Positions 9,419-17,737 of a stretch of DNA of 64,000 bases are shown here, in pieces (the stretch's first letter is position 1; each line of letters begins with the position of its first letter). The DNA is from Granulicella sp. (GTDB lineage Bacteria > Acidobacteriota > Terriglobia > Terriglobales > Acidobacteriaceae), in contig OZ255838.1 in assembly GCA_965277565.1 (NCBI GenBank), forward strand, positions 63,423-127,422, given 5' to 3'. A program made the position numbers and the translations under genes. The notes beneath the pieces are model-generated. The model was not told the origin of the DNA, did no database searches, and worked only from the letters and a program-made list of their open reading frames with translations.

Positions 9419-9701
9419 ACCGTCTCCTTTCCACCGGTTCCGCGAAACGCGCGGAGATCAGGCGGAGAATGTTGCCTTCTCGCACTACATGGACGACATA
9501 GAGCAGCTCGTAGCCGGCCGTCAGGCCGATGCAGGCCTGCCGTGCTTCCTGATCCGGGCTGGCGTCTTCATATCGGGCCAGCGGATCAAGCAGAGCCTCT
9601 CGGGCCCGCTCAAAGTGGACGCCGTGCCTGGCGATGTTCTGTGCGGCCTTCTCGCTGTCCCAGACAAAGAGCTGCCCGTCGAGGGTAGAGAAGACGTCCA
9701 T
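9405..9701 (-). CDS. brnT: BrnT-family toxin (DUF497 ribonuclease)
   Basis: FVWDSEKAAQNIARHGVHFERAREALLDP...LLYVVHVVREGNILRLISARFAEPVERRRY is the canonical BrnT pattern (WD..KA..N..KHG..F.EA; RIISAR). Toxin-first order as in BrnTA. Confidence 0.85.
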   Translation of the reverse strand: MDVFSTLDGQLFVWDSEKAAQNIARHGVHFERAREALLDPLARYEDASPDQEARQACIGLTAGYELLYVVHVVREGNILRLISARFAEPVERRRYENE

Positions 9702-9770
9702 ATAGCTATTGTATATATGTCAGCAGACCGAAGGATATACTTCCCGAGGCAGTTGTATCCAGGAGACAGG

Positions 9771-10634
9771 TTGGCGAAGGCAGAGATTGGTATTATCGGC
9801 GGCAGCGGGCTGTACAACATGGCCGGGCTGACGGACGTGCGCGAAGAGCGCGTGGAGACACCGTTCGGCGAGCCCAGCGAGGCGTTTGTGCTGGGCAAGC
9901 TGGAGAATCGTGATGTGGCGTTTCTCGCGCGGCATGGCAAAGGGCATCGCATCCTGCCAAGCGAGTTGAATTTCCGCGCGAATATTTTTGCGATGAAGGC
10001 ACTGGGTGTCACGAGCATTTTGAGCGTGAGTGCTGTGGGCAGCCTTAAAGAAGAGCACAAGCCTACCGACTTTGTGATTCCCGATCAGTTCATCGATAGA
10101 ACGTTTGATCGCAAGGCCACGTTCTTCGGCGACGGTGTGGTTGGGCATGTGGCGTTTGGCGACCCCGTTTGCCCGGTGGTTGCCGAGGTATTTGCGAAGG
10201 CGTGTGAAGAGGCCGGTGTGGTGGGCAAGCGTGGCGGAACGTATGTGTGCATGGAAGGGCCGCAGTTTTCCACGCGCGCGGAGTCGAAGCTGTATCGCAG
10301 CTGGGGCGCGGATATCATCGGGATGACGAACCTGCAGGAGGCCAAGCTGGCGCGTGAGGCCGAGATCAGCTATGCCACGCTGGCGATGGTAACGGACTAC
10401 GACTGCTGGTATGAGGGGCACGATGATGTCACTGTCGAGCAGGTGATCGCGGTGATGCACCAGAACTCCGGCAATGCGCAGCGGGTGGTGAAAGCGGCTG
10501 TGCGGTTGATGCCGATGGATCTGAGCGATGCGCCTGCACAGAGTGCGGCGAAGTACGCGATTATGACGGATCGTGCGGTGATTCCTGAGGCTACCAAGCG
10601 CAGGCTGGATGTGCTGTTTGGGAAATATTGGTAG
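9771..10634 (+). CDS. mtnP: S-methyl-5'-thioadenosine phosphorylase
   Basis: In-frame TTG at 9771 follows AGGAGACAGG. The product starts (M)AKAEIGIIGGSGLY, then FLARHGKGHRILPSELNFRANIFAMKALGV and GMTNLQEAKLAREAEISYATLAMVTDYD. The longer listed ORF (from 9489) is antisense to brnT. Confidence 0.9.
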   Translation: MAKAEIGIIGGSGLYNMAGLTDVREERVETPFGEPSEAFVLGKLENRDVAFLARHGKGHRILPSELNFRANIFAMKALGVTSILSVSAVGSLKEEHKPTDFVIPDQFIDRTFDRKATFFGDGVVGHVAFGDPVCPVVAEVFAKACEEAGVVGKRGGTYVCMEGPQFSTRAESKLYRSWGADIIGMTNLQEAKLAREAEISYATLAMVTDYDCWYEGHDDVTVEQVIAVMHQNSGNAQRVVKAAVRLMPMDLSDAPAQSAAKYAIMTDRAVIPEATKRRLDVLFGKYW

Positions 10635-10650
10635 GCACGCCGAGCGAAAC

Positions 10651-10712
10651 GCAGATCCCCTTCGGGGATGACAAACAGAAAGCAGATCCCTTCGCTGCGC
10701 TACGGGATGACA
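10651..10712 (+). repeat. two copies of the dispersed hairpin repeat (short form 10651..10673, long form 10682..10712)
   Basis: GCAGATCCCC-TTCG-GGGGATGACA, then GCAGATCCC-TTCGCTGCGCTAC-GGGATGACA, joined by an A/G-rich linker. Lies in the mtnP/pfkB spacer. Confidence 0.9.
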
Positions 10713-10740
10713 AATTTATGGTTGAGGAGACGGAAATAGG

Positions 10741-11667
10741 GTGTCGATTCTTGTTGTAGGTTCGGTGGCGTTTGATTCGCTTGAAACGCCCAGTGGCAAG
10801 CGCGGGCGTGTGCTGGGTGGCGCGGCGACGCACTTTGCCCTTGCTTCGAGTTTCTTTACGCCGACGCGTGTGATCGGGGTTGTGGGCGAGGATTTTCTAC
10901 CGGAACACGAACGTGTGTTGACGGACAAGGGCATTGATACGAGCGGGATTGAACGGGCGCCTGGACTGAGCTTTCATTGGACCGGCAGCTATCTCAAGGA
11001 TCTCAACGCAGCGGATACTCTTTCCACTGACCTGAATGTGTTTGCGGAGTTTTCACCGAAGATTCCGGTGGGGTATGAGGACTCCGAGTTTTTGTTTCTG
11101 GCCAACATCGATCCCCTGCTGCAATCGCGAGTGCGTGCGCAGATGCCGCGCGTGAAGATGGTGGCCGGCGACACGATGAACTACTGGATCAGTGCGCATC
11201 GCGAGAACCTGCTGGCGGTGCTGCGCGAACTCGATGTGCTGCTGATCAACGACGCCGAAGCGCGGATGCTGAGCGGCGAAACCAACGGTTTGCGGGCCGC
11301 AGAGCGCGTGCTGCAGCTGGGGCCGAAGACGCTGGTCGTCAAGCACGGCGAATACGGTTCTACAGCATACTTTTCGCCGCGCAGCTTTGGCGATGGCGTG
11401 CAGCGGCGGCCGTTCCGTGCGCCTGCGCTCCCGCTGGGTGAGATCGTCGATCCAACGGGTGCGGGGGATTCGTTTGCGGGCGGCTTTTACGGCTATGTCG
11501 CATCGCAACCGGGGCTTACTCCAGAGGTGTTCCGGGGTGCCATGTTTTACGGTAGCGTGATGGGCTCGTTTGCGGTGGAGCGGTTTGGGACCGAGCGCCT
11601 GCAGGCGACAACACTCGCGGAGATCGATGCCCGTTTCGAGCATCTACGTGAACTCTCGCATCTGTGA
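10741..11667 (+). CDS. PfkB-family carbohydrate/nucleoside kinase
   Basis: GTG start. N-terminal ILVVGSVAFDSLETPSG and the C-terminal PfkB signature DPTGAGDSFAGGF. Confidence 0.8.
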   Translation: MSILVVGSVAFDSLETPSGKRGRVLGGAATHFALASSFFTPTRVIGVVGEDFLPEHERVLTDKGIDTSGIERAPGLSFHWTGSYLKDLNAADTLSTDLNVFAEFSPKIPVGYEDSEFLFLANIDPLLQSRVRAQMPRVKMVAGDTMNYWISAHRENLLAVLRELDVLLINDAEARMLSGETNGLRAAERVLQLGPKTLVVKHGEYGSTAYFSPRSFGDGVQRRPFRAPALPLGEIVDPTGAGDSFAGGFYGYVASQPGLTPEVFRGAMFYGSVMGSFAVERFGTERLQATTLAEIDARFEHLRELSHL

Positions 11668-11707
11668 TATGAGGTGCGTCTCGTGGCGAAAGCGAGACAA
11701 ACAAACA

Positions 11708-11774
11708 GCAGATCCCCTTCGGGGATGACAACCAGAAAAGCAAGGGCAACAGCAGATCCCCTTCGGGGATGACA
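11708..11774 (+). repeat. two identical short-form hairpin repeats (11708..11730, 11752..11774)
   Basis: GCAGATCCCCTTCGGGGATGACA twice, separated by ACCAGAAAAGCAAGGGCAACA. Confidence 0.9.
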
Positions 11775-11946
11775 GAAAGAAAAGCAGCGGCAGGGAAGTG
11801 TTGTGCGATCCACTCAGCTGAAAATGCGGAAGCTACGAACCATCTCGGGTAAGCCTTCCGTCCCCGCTGCGCGTGGGCGCGAACGCAGTGCGTTCTGGGT
11901 TGAGGGCGACCCCGAAGCGATACGTCCGCTGGTGCGCGGCGAAGGC

Positions 11947-13593
11947 ATGCCGGTGTTTGTGGCCAGCGTGATTTTGGCGCTGATCGCGCTGAGTGTCTGC
12001 TATCGGAACGGCTATACGCTGCTCTATGGCGATGCCGTGGCGCATCTCGGCAACGCGCGCCGCATTCTGGATTCGCACTATCCGGGGCTTTCGCAGCTGG
12101 GCGGAGCGTGGCTGCCTTTGCCGCACATTCTCATGCTGCCGTTCATCGGCAATATGGCGATGTGGCAGTCGGGGCTGGCAGCCGCGCCGATGTCGATGAT
12201 CAGCTTCGCGGCGAGCGTGGTCGGGATATGGCGGTTGTCGCGGCGCATGATGCGGCTGCGCTGGGCGCTGGTGGCGACGCTCTTCTACGCGCTGAACCCT
12301 AACCTGCTGTATCTCGCGACCACAGCGATGACCGAGGCGCTGTTTCTCGCGCTGTTTGTGTGGTCTGTTGAAGCCACGGTGGAGGCTGTGGCCGCGATGC
12401 GTGCAGGGAACACAGCCGGGGTGCGACCCAAGCTGCTGCTTACGGGTCTGCTCGTGTTGCTGATGGTGTTCACACGATATGACGGCTGGATTGTGGGTGC
12501 GGCGGAGTGGTGCTACATCGCGTGGCAGCTTTGGCGCGCTGAAATTGACTTGCGGCGTAAGCTCCTGCCGATGTTCACGATCTTTACTGCACTCTGCCTT
12601 ATCGGCCCGCTGCTGTGGTTCTGGTACAACGCGCATTTCGATGGCGACTGGCTCGACTTCATGCGCGGGCCGTACTCGGCCAAGCAGATTGAACGCCGCA
12701 CGGCGCCGCCGGGCCAGCACTATCGCGGCTGGCTGAACCCTGGGTGGGCGACGCTGTTCTACATGCGTACGGCGCAGATCGACGCGGCGGCGTGGGAGAC
12801 TGGCTGGCTGTTGATGATTGCGGCGTTGTATGGGGTCTGGCTTTCGTGGCGCGCGTCCCACCTTAGCGACACAACGACGGTCGCGAAGGTGGGGCACCCG
12901 GGGGCGGGCGCGCGCAATCGAGCGGAGAGCGTTGCGCTGCTGCTCTGGTTGCCGCTGCCGTTTTACATCTACTCGGTAGCGTATGGGTCGGTGCCGATCT
13001 TTATTCCGCAGCTTTGGCCTCATGCTTTTTACAACGCGCGCTATGGCATGGAGTTGCTGCCGGCATTGTGCATCTATGGCGCGCTGGCAGCGGAGCATCT
13101 GGAGTTGTGGCTGCGGGAAGGAACGGCGAACTGGCGGAGGTTTGCTGTGCGCTTCTGGCAGCCCGCGGCGATGGTGCTGTGTGTGCTGAACTGCACGGCG
13201 ATGATGCATTACACTCCGCTTGTGCTGAAGGAGGGCATCGTGAATGCGCGGACGCGCGTGCCGTTCGAGCACTCGCTCGCCAACGTGCTCGAGACGATGC
13301 CTGTGGACCAACCGGTGCTGATGTCCATCTCGGCGCATGTGGGGGCGGTGCAGGATGCAGGCCGCGATCTGCGCACCGTTCTGAGCGAAAATGACGAGAT
13401 CTCCTGGCGCGCGGCGCTGGCGGATCCGGCGCACAAGGCGGCGTATGCCATTGCGCTGGACGGAGATCCCGTCGCGAAGGCTATCGCAGCACACCCCGAG
13501 GGGCTGGGCGAGATTGAGGTGGTCCGTACGGTCGGCCAACCTACGGCGCGGGTGTACCAATCCCTGTTGTACAAGGCACCGGCCACGCACTGA
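11947..13593 (+). CDS. polytopic membrane protein, GT39/ArnT-like glycosyltransferase family (tentative)
   Basis: ORF 11803..13593; the ATG at 11947 precedes the first TM (MPVFVASVILALIALSV). More than 10 predicted TMs, first-loop motif LLYGDAVAHLGNARRILDS and a C-terminal soluble domain. The family call rests on architecture only. Confidence 0.45.
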   Translation: MPVFVASVILALIALSVCYRNGYTLLYGDAVAHLGNARRILDSHYPGLSQLGGAWLPLPHILMLPFIGNMAMWQSGLAAAPMSMISFAASVVGIWRLSRRMMRLRWALVATLFYALNPNLLYLATTAMTEALFLALFVWSVEATVEAVAAMRAGNTAGVRPKLLLTGLLVLLMVFTRYDGWIVGAAEWCYIAWQLWRAEIDLRRKLLPMFTIFTALCLIGPLLWFWYNAHFDGDWLDFMRGPYSAKQIERRTAPPGQHYRGWLNPGWATLFYMRTAQIDAAAWETGWLLMIAALYGVWLSWRASHLSDTTTVAKVGHPGAGARNRAESVALLLWLPLPFYIYSVAYGSVPIFIPQLWPHAFYNARYGMELLPALCIYGALAAEHLELWLREGTANWRRFAVRFWQPAAMVLCVLNCTAMMHYTPLVLKEGIVNARTRVPFEHSLANVLETMPVDQPVLMSISAHVGAVQDAGRDLRTVLSENDEISWRAALADPAHKAAYAIALDGDPVAKAIAAHPEGLGEIEVVRTVGQPTARVYQSLLYKAPATH

Positions 13594-13633
13594 GGGGCCG
13601 GGAGTCAAGCTGCGTTCACACGCTGAACCGGCT

Positions 13634-13664
13634 CGCACCTCGCATGGTGCGGAGTTTCTTTTGT
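13634..13664 (+). terminator. possible intrinsic terminator after the membrane glycosyltransferase-like gene
   Basis: CGCACC-TCGCAT-GGTGCG (6-bp stem) followed by GAGTTTCTTTTGT. Confidence 0.35.
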
Positions 13665-13706
13665 GGGCTGTGCGGGACTGGCGTCGGCCGGAGCGCTTTA
13701 TGCTGA

Positions 13707-14534
13707 GTGGGAGGAGTGTCTGTGCCGCAAAGAATTCCGTTCGTTAAAGCGCATGCCTGTGGCAACGATTTTCTGCTCATCGAGGAGATCTTCGTCGAGC
13801 GTCGCCATGCGGAGTTTGCGCGCAAGCTGTGCGCGCGCAACACGGGCGTGGGTGCGGACGGCATTGAGTTTCTAGACCGTCGGGGCGATGGCAGTCTGTT
13901 CCTGCGGCTGTTCAATGCCGATGGAAGTGAGGCGGAGCTCAGCGGCAATGGAACCCGGTGCGTAGCCGCATGGCTGGCCGCTCACGAAGGTATGCAGGAA
14001 GTGGAGTTAGGCACCCATGGAGGCCCGAGGCGGTGCCGCGTGGTGCGACGGGAGGGCGGTGCGTGGTGGATCGAGACTGGCATGGGCGTGCCGCGGGTGA
14101 TGCGCCGGGCGATCCGCGTCGACGGTGTGAACGGCGACATTGAAGGTGCCATGGTGAACGTCGGCAACCCACATTTCGTGCTGTTTCCCGAGCGTGAGGA
14201 CTTTGGCAGCCACGGTCTTAGCTGGGAAACGCTGGGCGCGCGCATCAGCGTGGATCCGGTGTTTCGGCATGGGACGAACGTGGAGTTTGTGCGTGTGCTG
14301 GGAGGGGGTGAGATCGCCTTCCGCATCTTCGAGCGAGGCTGCGGGCCCACGACCTCATCGGGCACGGGAACGTGCGCCTCGGCGGCGGCGGCGATGATTT
14401 TGCACAATACTGCACGTGAGTTAAAAGCCGAAGCTCTGGGTGGAACCCAGAACGTGCGCTGGCCGGACGATCACAGCGAGATGCTGCTGACCGGGCCGGC
14501 CGAGATTGTGTGCACGGGTGAGGTTTGGCTTTGA
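13707..14534 (+). CDS. dapF: diaminopimelate epimerase
   Basis: FVKAHACGNDFLLI, NADGSEAELSGNGTRCVAAWL, NVGNPHFVLF, ERGCGPTTSSGTGTCASAAA (both catalytic Cys regions). Start is GTG at 13707 or 13722. Confidence 0.9.
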   Translation: MGGVSVPQRIPFVKAHACGNDFLLIEEIFVERRHAEFARKLCARNTGVGADGIEFLDRRGDGSLFLRLFNADGSEAELSGNGTRCVAAWLAAHEGMQEVELGTHGGPRRCRVVRREGGAWWIETGMGVPRVMRRAIRVDGVNGDIEGAMVNVGNPHFVLFPEREDFGSHGLSWETLGARISVDPVFRHGTNVEFVRVLGGGEIAFRIFERGCGPTTSSGTGTCASAAAAMILHNTARELKAEALGGTQNVRWPDDHSEMLLTGPAEIVCTGEVWL

Positions 14535-15496
14535 GTTCTGTGCGTCCCCGACTGAAGCCCGGAAGCCGCGTGGCGGTTGTTTCGCCGGCATCGGCGGCGA
14601 ATGCGGACAAGGTGCATTCAGGCGTCGCAGCGCTGCGGGCGTTTGGCTATAACCCCGTGATCATGCCCCATGCGCTGTCTCGCGGACCTTTGTACTACGC
14701 GGGCACTGCGGCTGAGCGCGTAGGCGATCTGCATGCGGCGTTTGCGGACGAGACGATCGATGGCATTTTTTGCACGCGCGGTGGGTGGGGTTCTGCAGAG
14801 CTGCTGCCACTGCTGGATCGTCCCTTGATTCGCGCCAATCCCAAGATTTTTGTGGGTTATTCGGACCACACCTCGCTGCACACGTGGTTTTGGAATGAGT
14901 GCGATCTGCAGAGTTTCTATGCGCCGATGGTGGCCGCGGACTGGGCGGTCGAAAGTGGTGTGGATGTGCCTTCGTGGAACGCTGCGATGCAGCAGCGGAG
15001 CTACTCTCTTTGCAGTGCTGACGGTACGCGTGTGTTGCGCGAGGGGAACGCAGCGGGCCGCCTGCTGGGTGGCTGCCTGGCGATGCTTGAGGCTGGCCTG
15101 GGAACGCCGTGGGCTATGCGCATCGAAGAGCCTTGCGTGCTGTTCGTGGAGGATATCGGGGTGAAGCCCTACCAGTGGGATCGCATGCTGCAGCACCTGC
15201 GTTTTGCGGGAGTACTGGATCAGGTGCGTGGCATTGTGTTCGGCGATATGAGCGCGAATGTCGCGGCGGACGAGATGAAATTGCTAGAGGCTGCATGTCT
15301 GCATGCGCTCGGCGATTTTAAAGGCCCGGTTGCGATCGGGCTCCGCTGCGGGCATGTGAGCCCGGGAAATCGCTCGCTTGTCTTCGGTGCGATGGCTTCG
15401 CTTGCATGCAACGACGAGGCGATACTTACAATTTCTGCGGAGGATTATGCCGGCCGCGGGCTGGAGGAGGAAAAATGGCCAAGCACATCCATCTGA
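14525..15496 (+). CDS. ldcA: LD-carboxypeptidase (peptidase S66, muramoyltetrapeptide carboxypeptidase)
   Basis: LKPGSRVAVVSPAS, IDGIFCTRGGWGS, FVGYSDHTSLH. The TTG start overlaps the dapF stop by 10 nt. Confidence 0.85.
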   Translation: MALSSVRPRLKPGSRVAVVSPASAANADKVHSGVAALRAFGYNPVIMPHALSRGPLYYAGTAAERVGDLHAAFADETIDGIFCTRGGWGSAELLPLLDRPLIRANPKIFVGYSDHTSLHTWFWNECDLQSFYAPMVAADWAVESGVDVPSWNAAMQQRSYSLCSADGTRVLREGNAAGRLLGGCLAMLEAGLGTPWAMRIEEPCVLFVEDIGVKPYQWDRMLQHLRFAGVLDQVRGIVFGDMSANVAADEMKLLEAACLHALGDFKGPVAIGLRCGHVSPGNRSLVFGAMASLACNDEAILTISAEDYAGRGLEEEKWPSTSI

Positions 15497-16944
15497 TCGG
15501 CATCTGCGGTACGGCCATGGCATCGCTTGCCGGCATGCTGCAAAGCCGTGGACATCGCATTACTGGCTCTGATACCGCGGCGTATCCGCCGATGAGCGAT
15601 CAGCTTGCCGCGATGGGCATTGCGGTGATGGAGCCGTACCGCGAAGAGAATCTTGACGAGACACCCGACCTGGTTGTGGTCGGCAATGCGATCTCGCGTG
15701 GCAACGTGGAATTGGAACGCGTGTTGGACGAACGCATTCCGATGACCTCCATGGCGCAGCTGATCCACGATGAATTTTTGATGGGCCGCGAGCGACTGGT
15801 GGTGTGCGGAACGCATGGCAAAACCACGACGACGAGCATGTTGGCGTGGATCTATGCGACGGCCGCGCGGATGGAATCCTCTGGGAGCAGCGACGATATT
15901 TCGCAATGGACACCGTCGTTTCTAATCGGGGGCGTCGCGGAAAATTTCGGCAGCAGCTTTCAGGTGCAACCGGGATCGCGGGCTTTTATCCTGGAAGGCG
16001 ATGAGTACGATACGGCGTTCTTCGATAAGGGACCGAAGTTTCTCCACTACTTTCCCGATGCCGCCATTCTGACGCACGTAGAGTTCGACCATGCCGATAT
16101 TTACACAGATTTGGAGGCTGTGAAGACGAGCTTCAAGCGGCTCGTGAATCTGCTGCCAAGGCGTGGTCGCCTGGTGGCGTTTGACGGCAGCGGGGCGGTG
16201 ACGGAGTGCTGTGCGAAGGCGTTCTGCGCGGTGGAGCGCTATGGGTTCGGGGAAAACTCCTGCTGGCGCATGACGAATCTCTCGCAGGAGGGCTCACGTA
16301 CACGGTGGCAGTTGCTGCGCGATGGTGTTTTCTTTGCCGCGCTGGAGCTGCCGATGGCGGGCGAACACAACGCGCTGAACGCGACAGCCGCCGCCGCCCT
16401 GGCTGCGGGGCAGGGCGTCTCTGCCGAGGCGATTGCACAGGCATTGCGAACATTTCAAAGCGTGAAGCGGCGGCTTGAGGTGCGGGCCGAGGTGGCCGGC
16501 ATCACCGTCATTGATGATTTCGCGCATCATCCGACGGCTATCCGCGAGACACTGCGTGCGCTGCGTGGGGCCTACCGTGGGCAGCGATTAATCGCGGTGC
16601 TGGAGCCGCGTTCCAATACGCTGCGCCGCAACGTGTTCGAACGCGAGTTGGTGGAGAGCCTGGCGCTTGCGGATGAGGTGATCCTAGCCAATGTCTTCAA
16701 GAGCGAGGCGATTCCGCAGGCGGAGCGGCTTGAAGCCGAGCATGTAATCAACGCGTTGAAGGGGCATGGGGTGCCTGCGATGCTGTGCGTGGATGCCGAT
16801 GAGATTGTGCGGGCGTTGGCGCCGCGTCTGTGCGAAGGTGATGTTGTGGCGATCCTCTCCAACGGCGGCTTCGGGGGCATCTACGACAAGCTGCCGGCGG
16901 CCATTGCCGCGCGTGCACCGCAACCCGCCATGCAGGTGAGCTGA
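15475..16944 (+). CDS. mpl: UDP-N-acetylmuramate:L-alanyl-gamma-D-glutamyl-meso-diaminopimelate ligase
   Basis: ATG at 15475 follows GGAGGAGG. MAKHIHLIGICGTAMASLAGMLQSRGHRITGSD..YPPMS matches the Mpl N-terminus, and VVCGTHGKTTTTSM is the Mur-ligase P-loop. Overlaps the ldcA end by 22 nt. Confidence 0.9.
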   Translation: MAKHIHLIGICGTAMASLAGMLQSRGHRITGSDTAAYPPMSDQLAAMGIAVMEPYREENLDETPDLVVVGNAISRGNVELERVLDERIPMTSMAQLIHDEFLMGRERLVVCGTHGKTTTTSMLAWIYATAARMESSGSSDDISQWTPSFLIGGVAENFGSSFQVQPGSRAFILEGDEYDTAFFDKGPKFLHYFPDAAILTHVEFDHADIYTDLEAVKTSFKRLVNLLPRRGRLVAFDGSGAVTECCAKAFCAVERYGFGENSCWRMTNLSQEGSRTRWQLLRDGVFFAALELPMAGEHNALNATAAAALAAGQGVSAEAIAQALRTFQSVKRRLEVRAEVAGITVIDDFAHHPTAIRETLRALRGAYRGQRLIAVLEPRSNTLRRNVFERELVESLALADEVILANVFKSEAIPQAERLEAEHVINALKGHGVPAMLCVDADEIVRALAPRLCEGDVVAILSNGGFGGIYDKLPAAIAARAPQPAMQVS

Positions 16945-16946
16945 CC

Positions 16947-17645
16947 ATGTGGGCTGCGCTTCGCATGTTTGCGGTTTTTCTGTTGATCGGTGTTCCCGCA
17001 GGGCTGATCGGCGTGCCCTGGTCGGCACTGCGCGGCGACTTCCGCACGATGTATGCGTGGGGCATGGCGGTGCTGCGCCTGGGGGTACGCGCGGCCGGGA
17101 TTCGCGTTCGCGTGGTTGGGTTGGAGAATTTTCCGGGGCAGCCGTGCATCGTGATGAGCAATCACGTGTCGAACCTTGACCCACCGATTCTGCTGCCGAG
17201 CATACCCGGTAGGACCAGCGTGATGCTGAAGAAATCGTTGATGAAAATTCCCTTGCTGGGGATGGCGATGCGCATGGGCAAATTCGTTCCCGTAGCGCGC
17301 GGCCACTCCCGCGAGGATGCCGTGAAGAGCGTCGCGGCGGCCGCGGCGGCGTTGCACAGCGGCCTGCACCTGATGGTGTTTCCCGAGGGAACACGTTCCG
17401 CCGATGGCCGCCTGCTCCCCTTTCGCAAGGGAGCTTTTTTTCTCGCTGCAGAGACGGGCGCGCCCATTGTTCCGGTGGTCATTCACGGGACGGCGGCCAT
17501 GATGACGAAGGGGAGCCTGCGCATCACGCCCCGCGAGGCGATTGTGCAGTTTCTGCCGCCGCGTCTGCCGGGGGACTATGCCTCCCGCGACGATTTAGCT
17601 GCCGCGATCCGTGAGGATATGGAACGCGCTCTGGGGCAGCTGTAG
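16947..17645 (+). CDS. plsC: 1-acyl-sn-glycerol-3-phosphate acyltransferase
   Basis: NHVSNLD (HX4D) and FPEGTRS motifs. Starts 3 nt after the mpl stop. Confidence 0.85.
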   Translation: MWAALRMFAVFLLIGVPAGLIGVPWSALRGDFRTMYAWGMAVLRLGVRAAGIRVRVVGLENFPGQPCIVMSNHVSNLDPPILLPSIPGRTSVMLKKSLMKIPLLGMAMRMGKFVPVARGHSREDAVKSVAAAAAALHSGLHLMVFPEGTRSADGRLLPFRKGAFFLAAETGAPIVPVVIHGTAAMMTKGSLRITPREAIVQFLPPRLPGDYASRDDLAAAIREDMERALGQL

Positions 17646-17681
17646 CTGATCACCCGGCTGGACTGCGACTACAGAGGAATA

Positions 17682-17704
17682 GCCGATTCCCTCCGGGAAT
17701 GACG
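17682..17704 (+). repeat. diverged copy of the dispersed hairpin repeat
   Basis: GCCGATTCCCTCCGGGAATGACG in the convergent plsC/SPOR-gene spacer. Confidence 0.6.
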
Positions 17705-17737
17705 AAAGAAGCGGGATTTGTAGCTGAACGCAATCCG

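Noticed and set aside
9489-9770. N-terminal 94-codon extension of the mtnP ORF
   Set aside because: It runs antisense through brnT. The conserved MTAP sequence begins right after an in-frame TTG at 9771, which is preceded by AGGAG.
11708-11774. Possible mini-CRISPR array (24-nt repeats with short spacers; the same thought for 10651..10712 and 19658..19724)
   Set aside because: There are only two units per locus, and the linkers are 8-21 nt of A/G-rich low complexity. The repeats are also scattered singly and in both orientations across the window, and no cas genes or leader are present. This is REP-like rather than CRISPR.
11833-13638. 601-aa minus-strand ORF
   Set aside because: It is an antisense shadow of the polytopic membrane protein gene. 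It is extremely Arg/His/Pro-rich and has no hydrophobic or domain structure.
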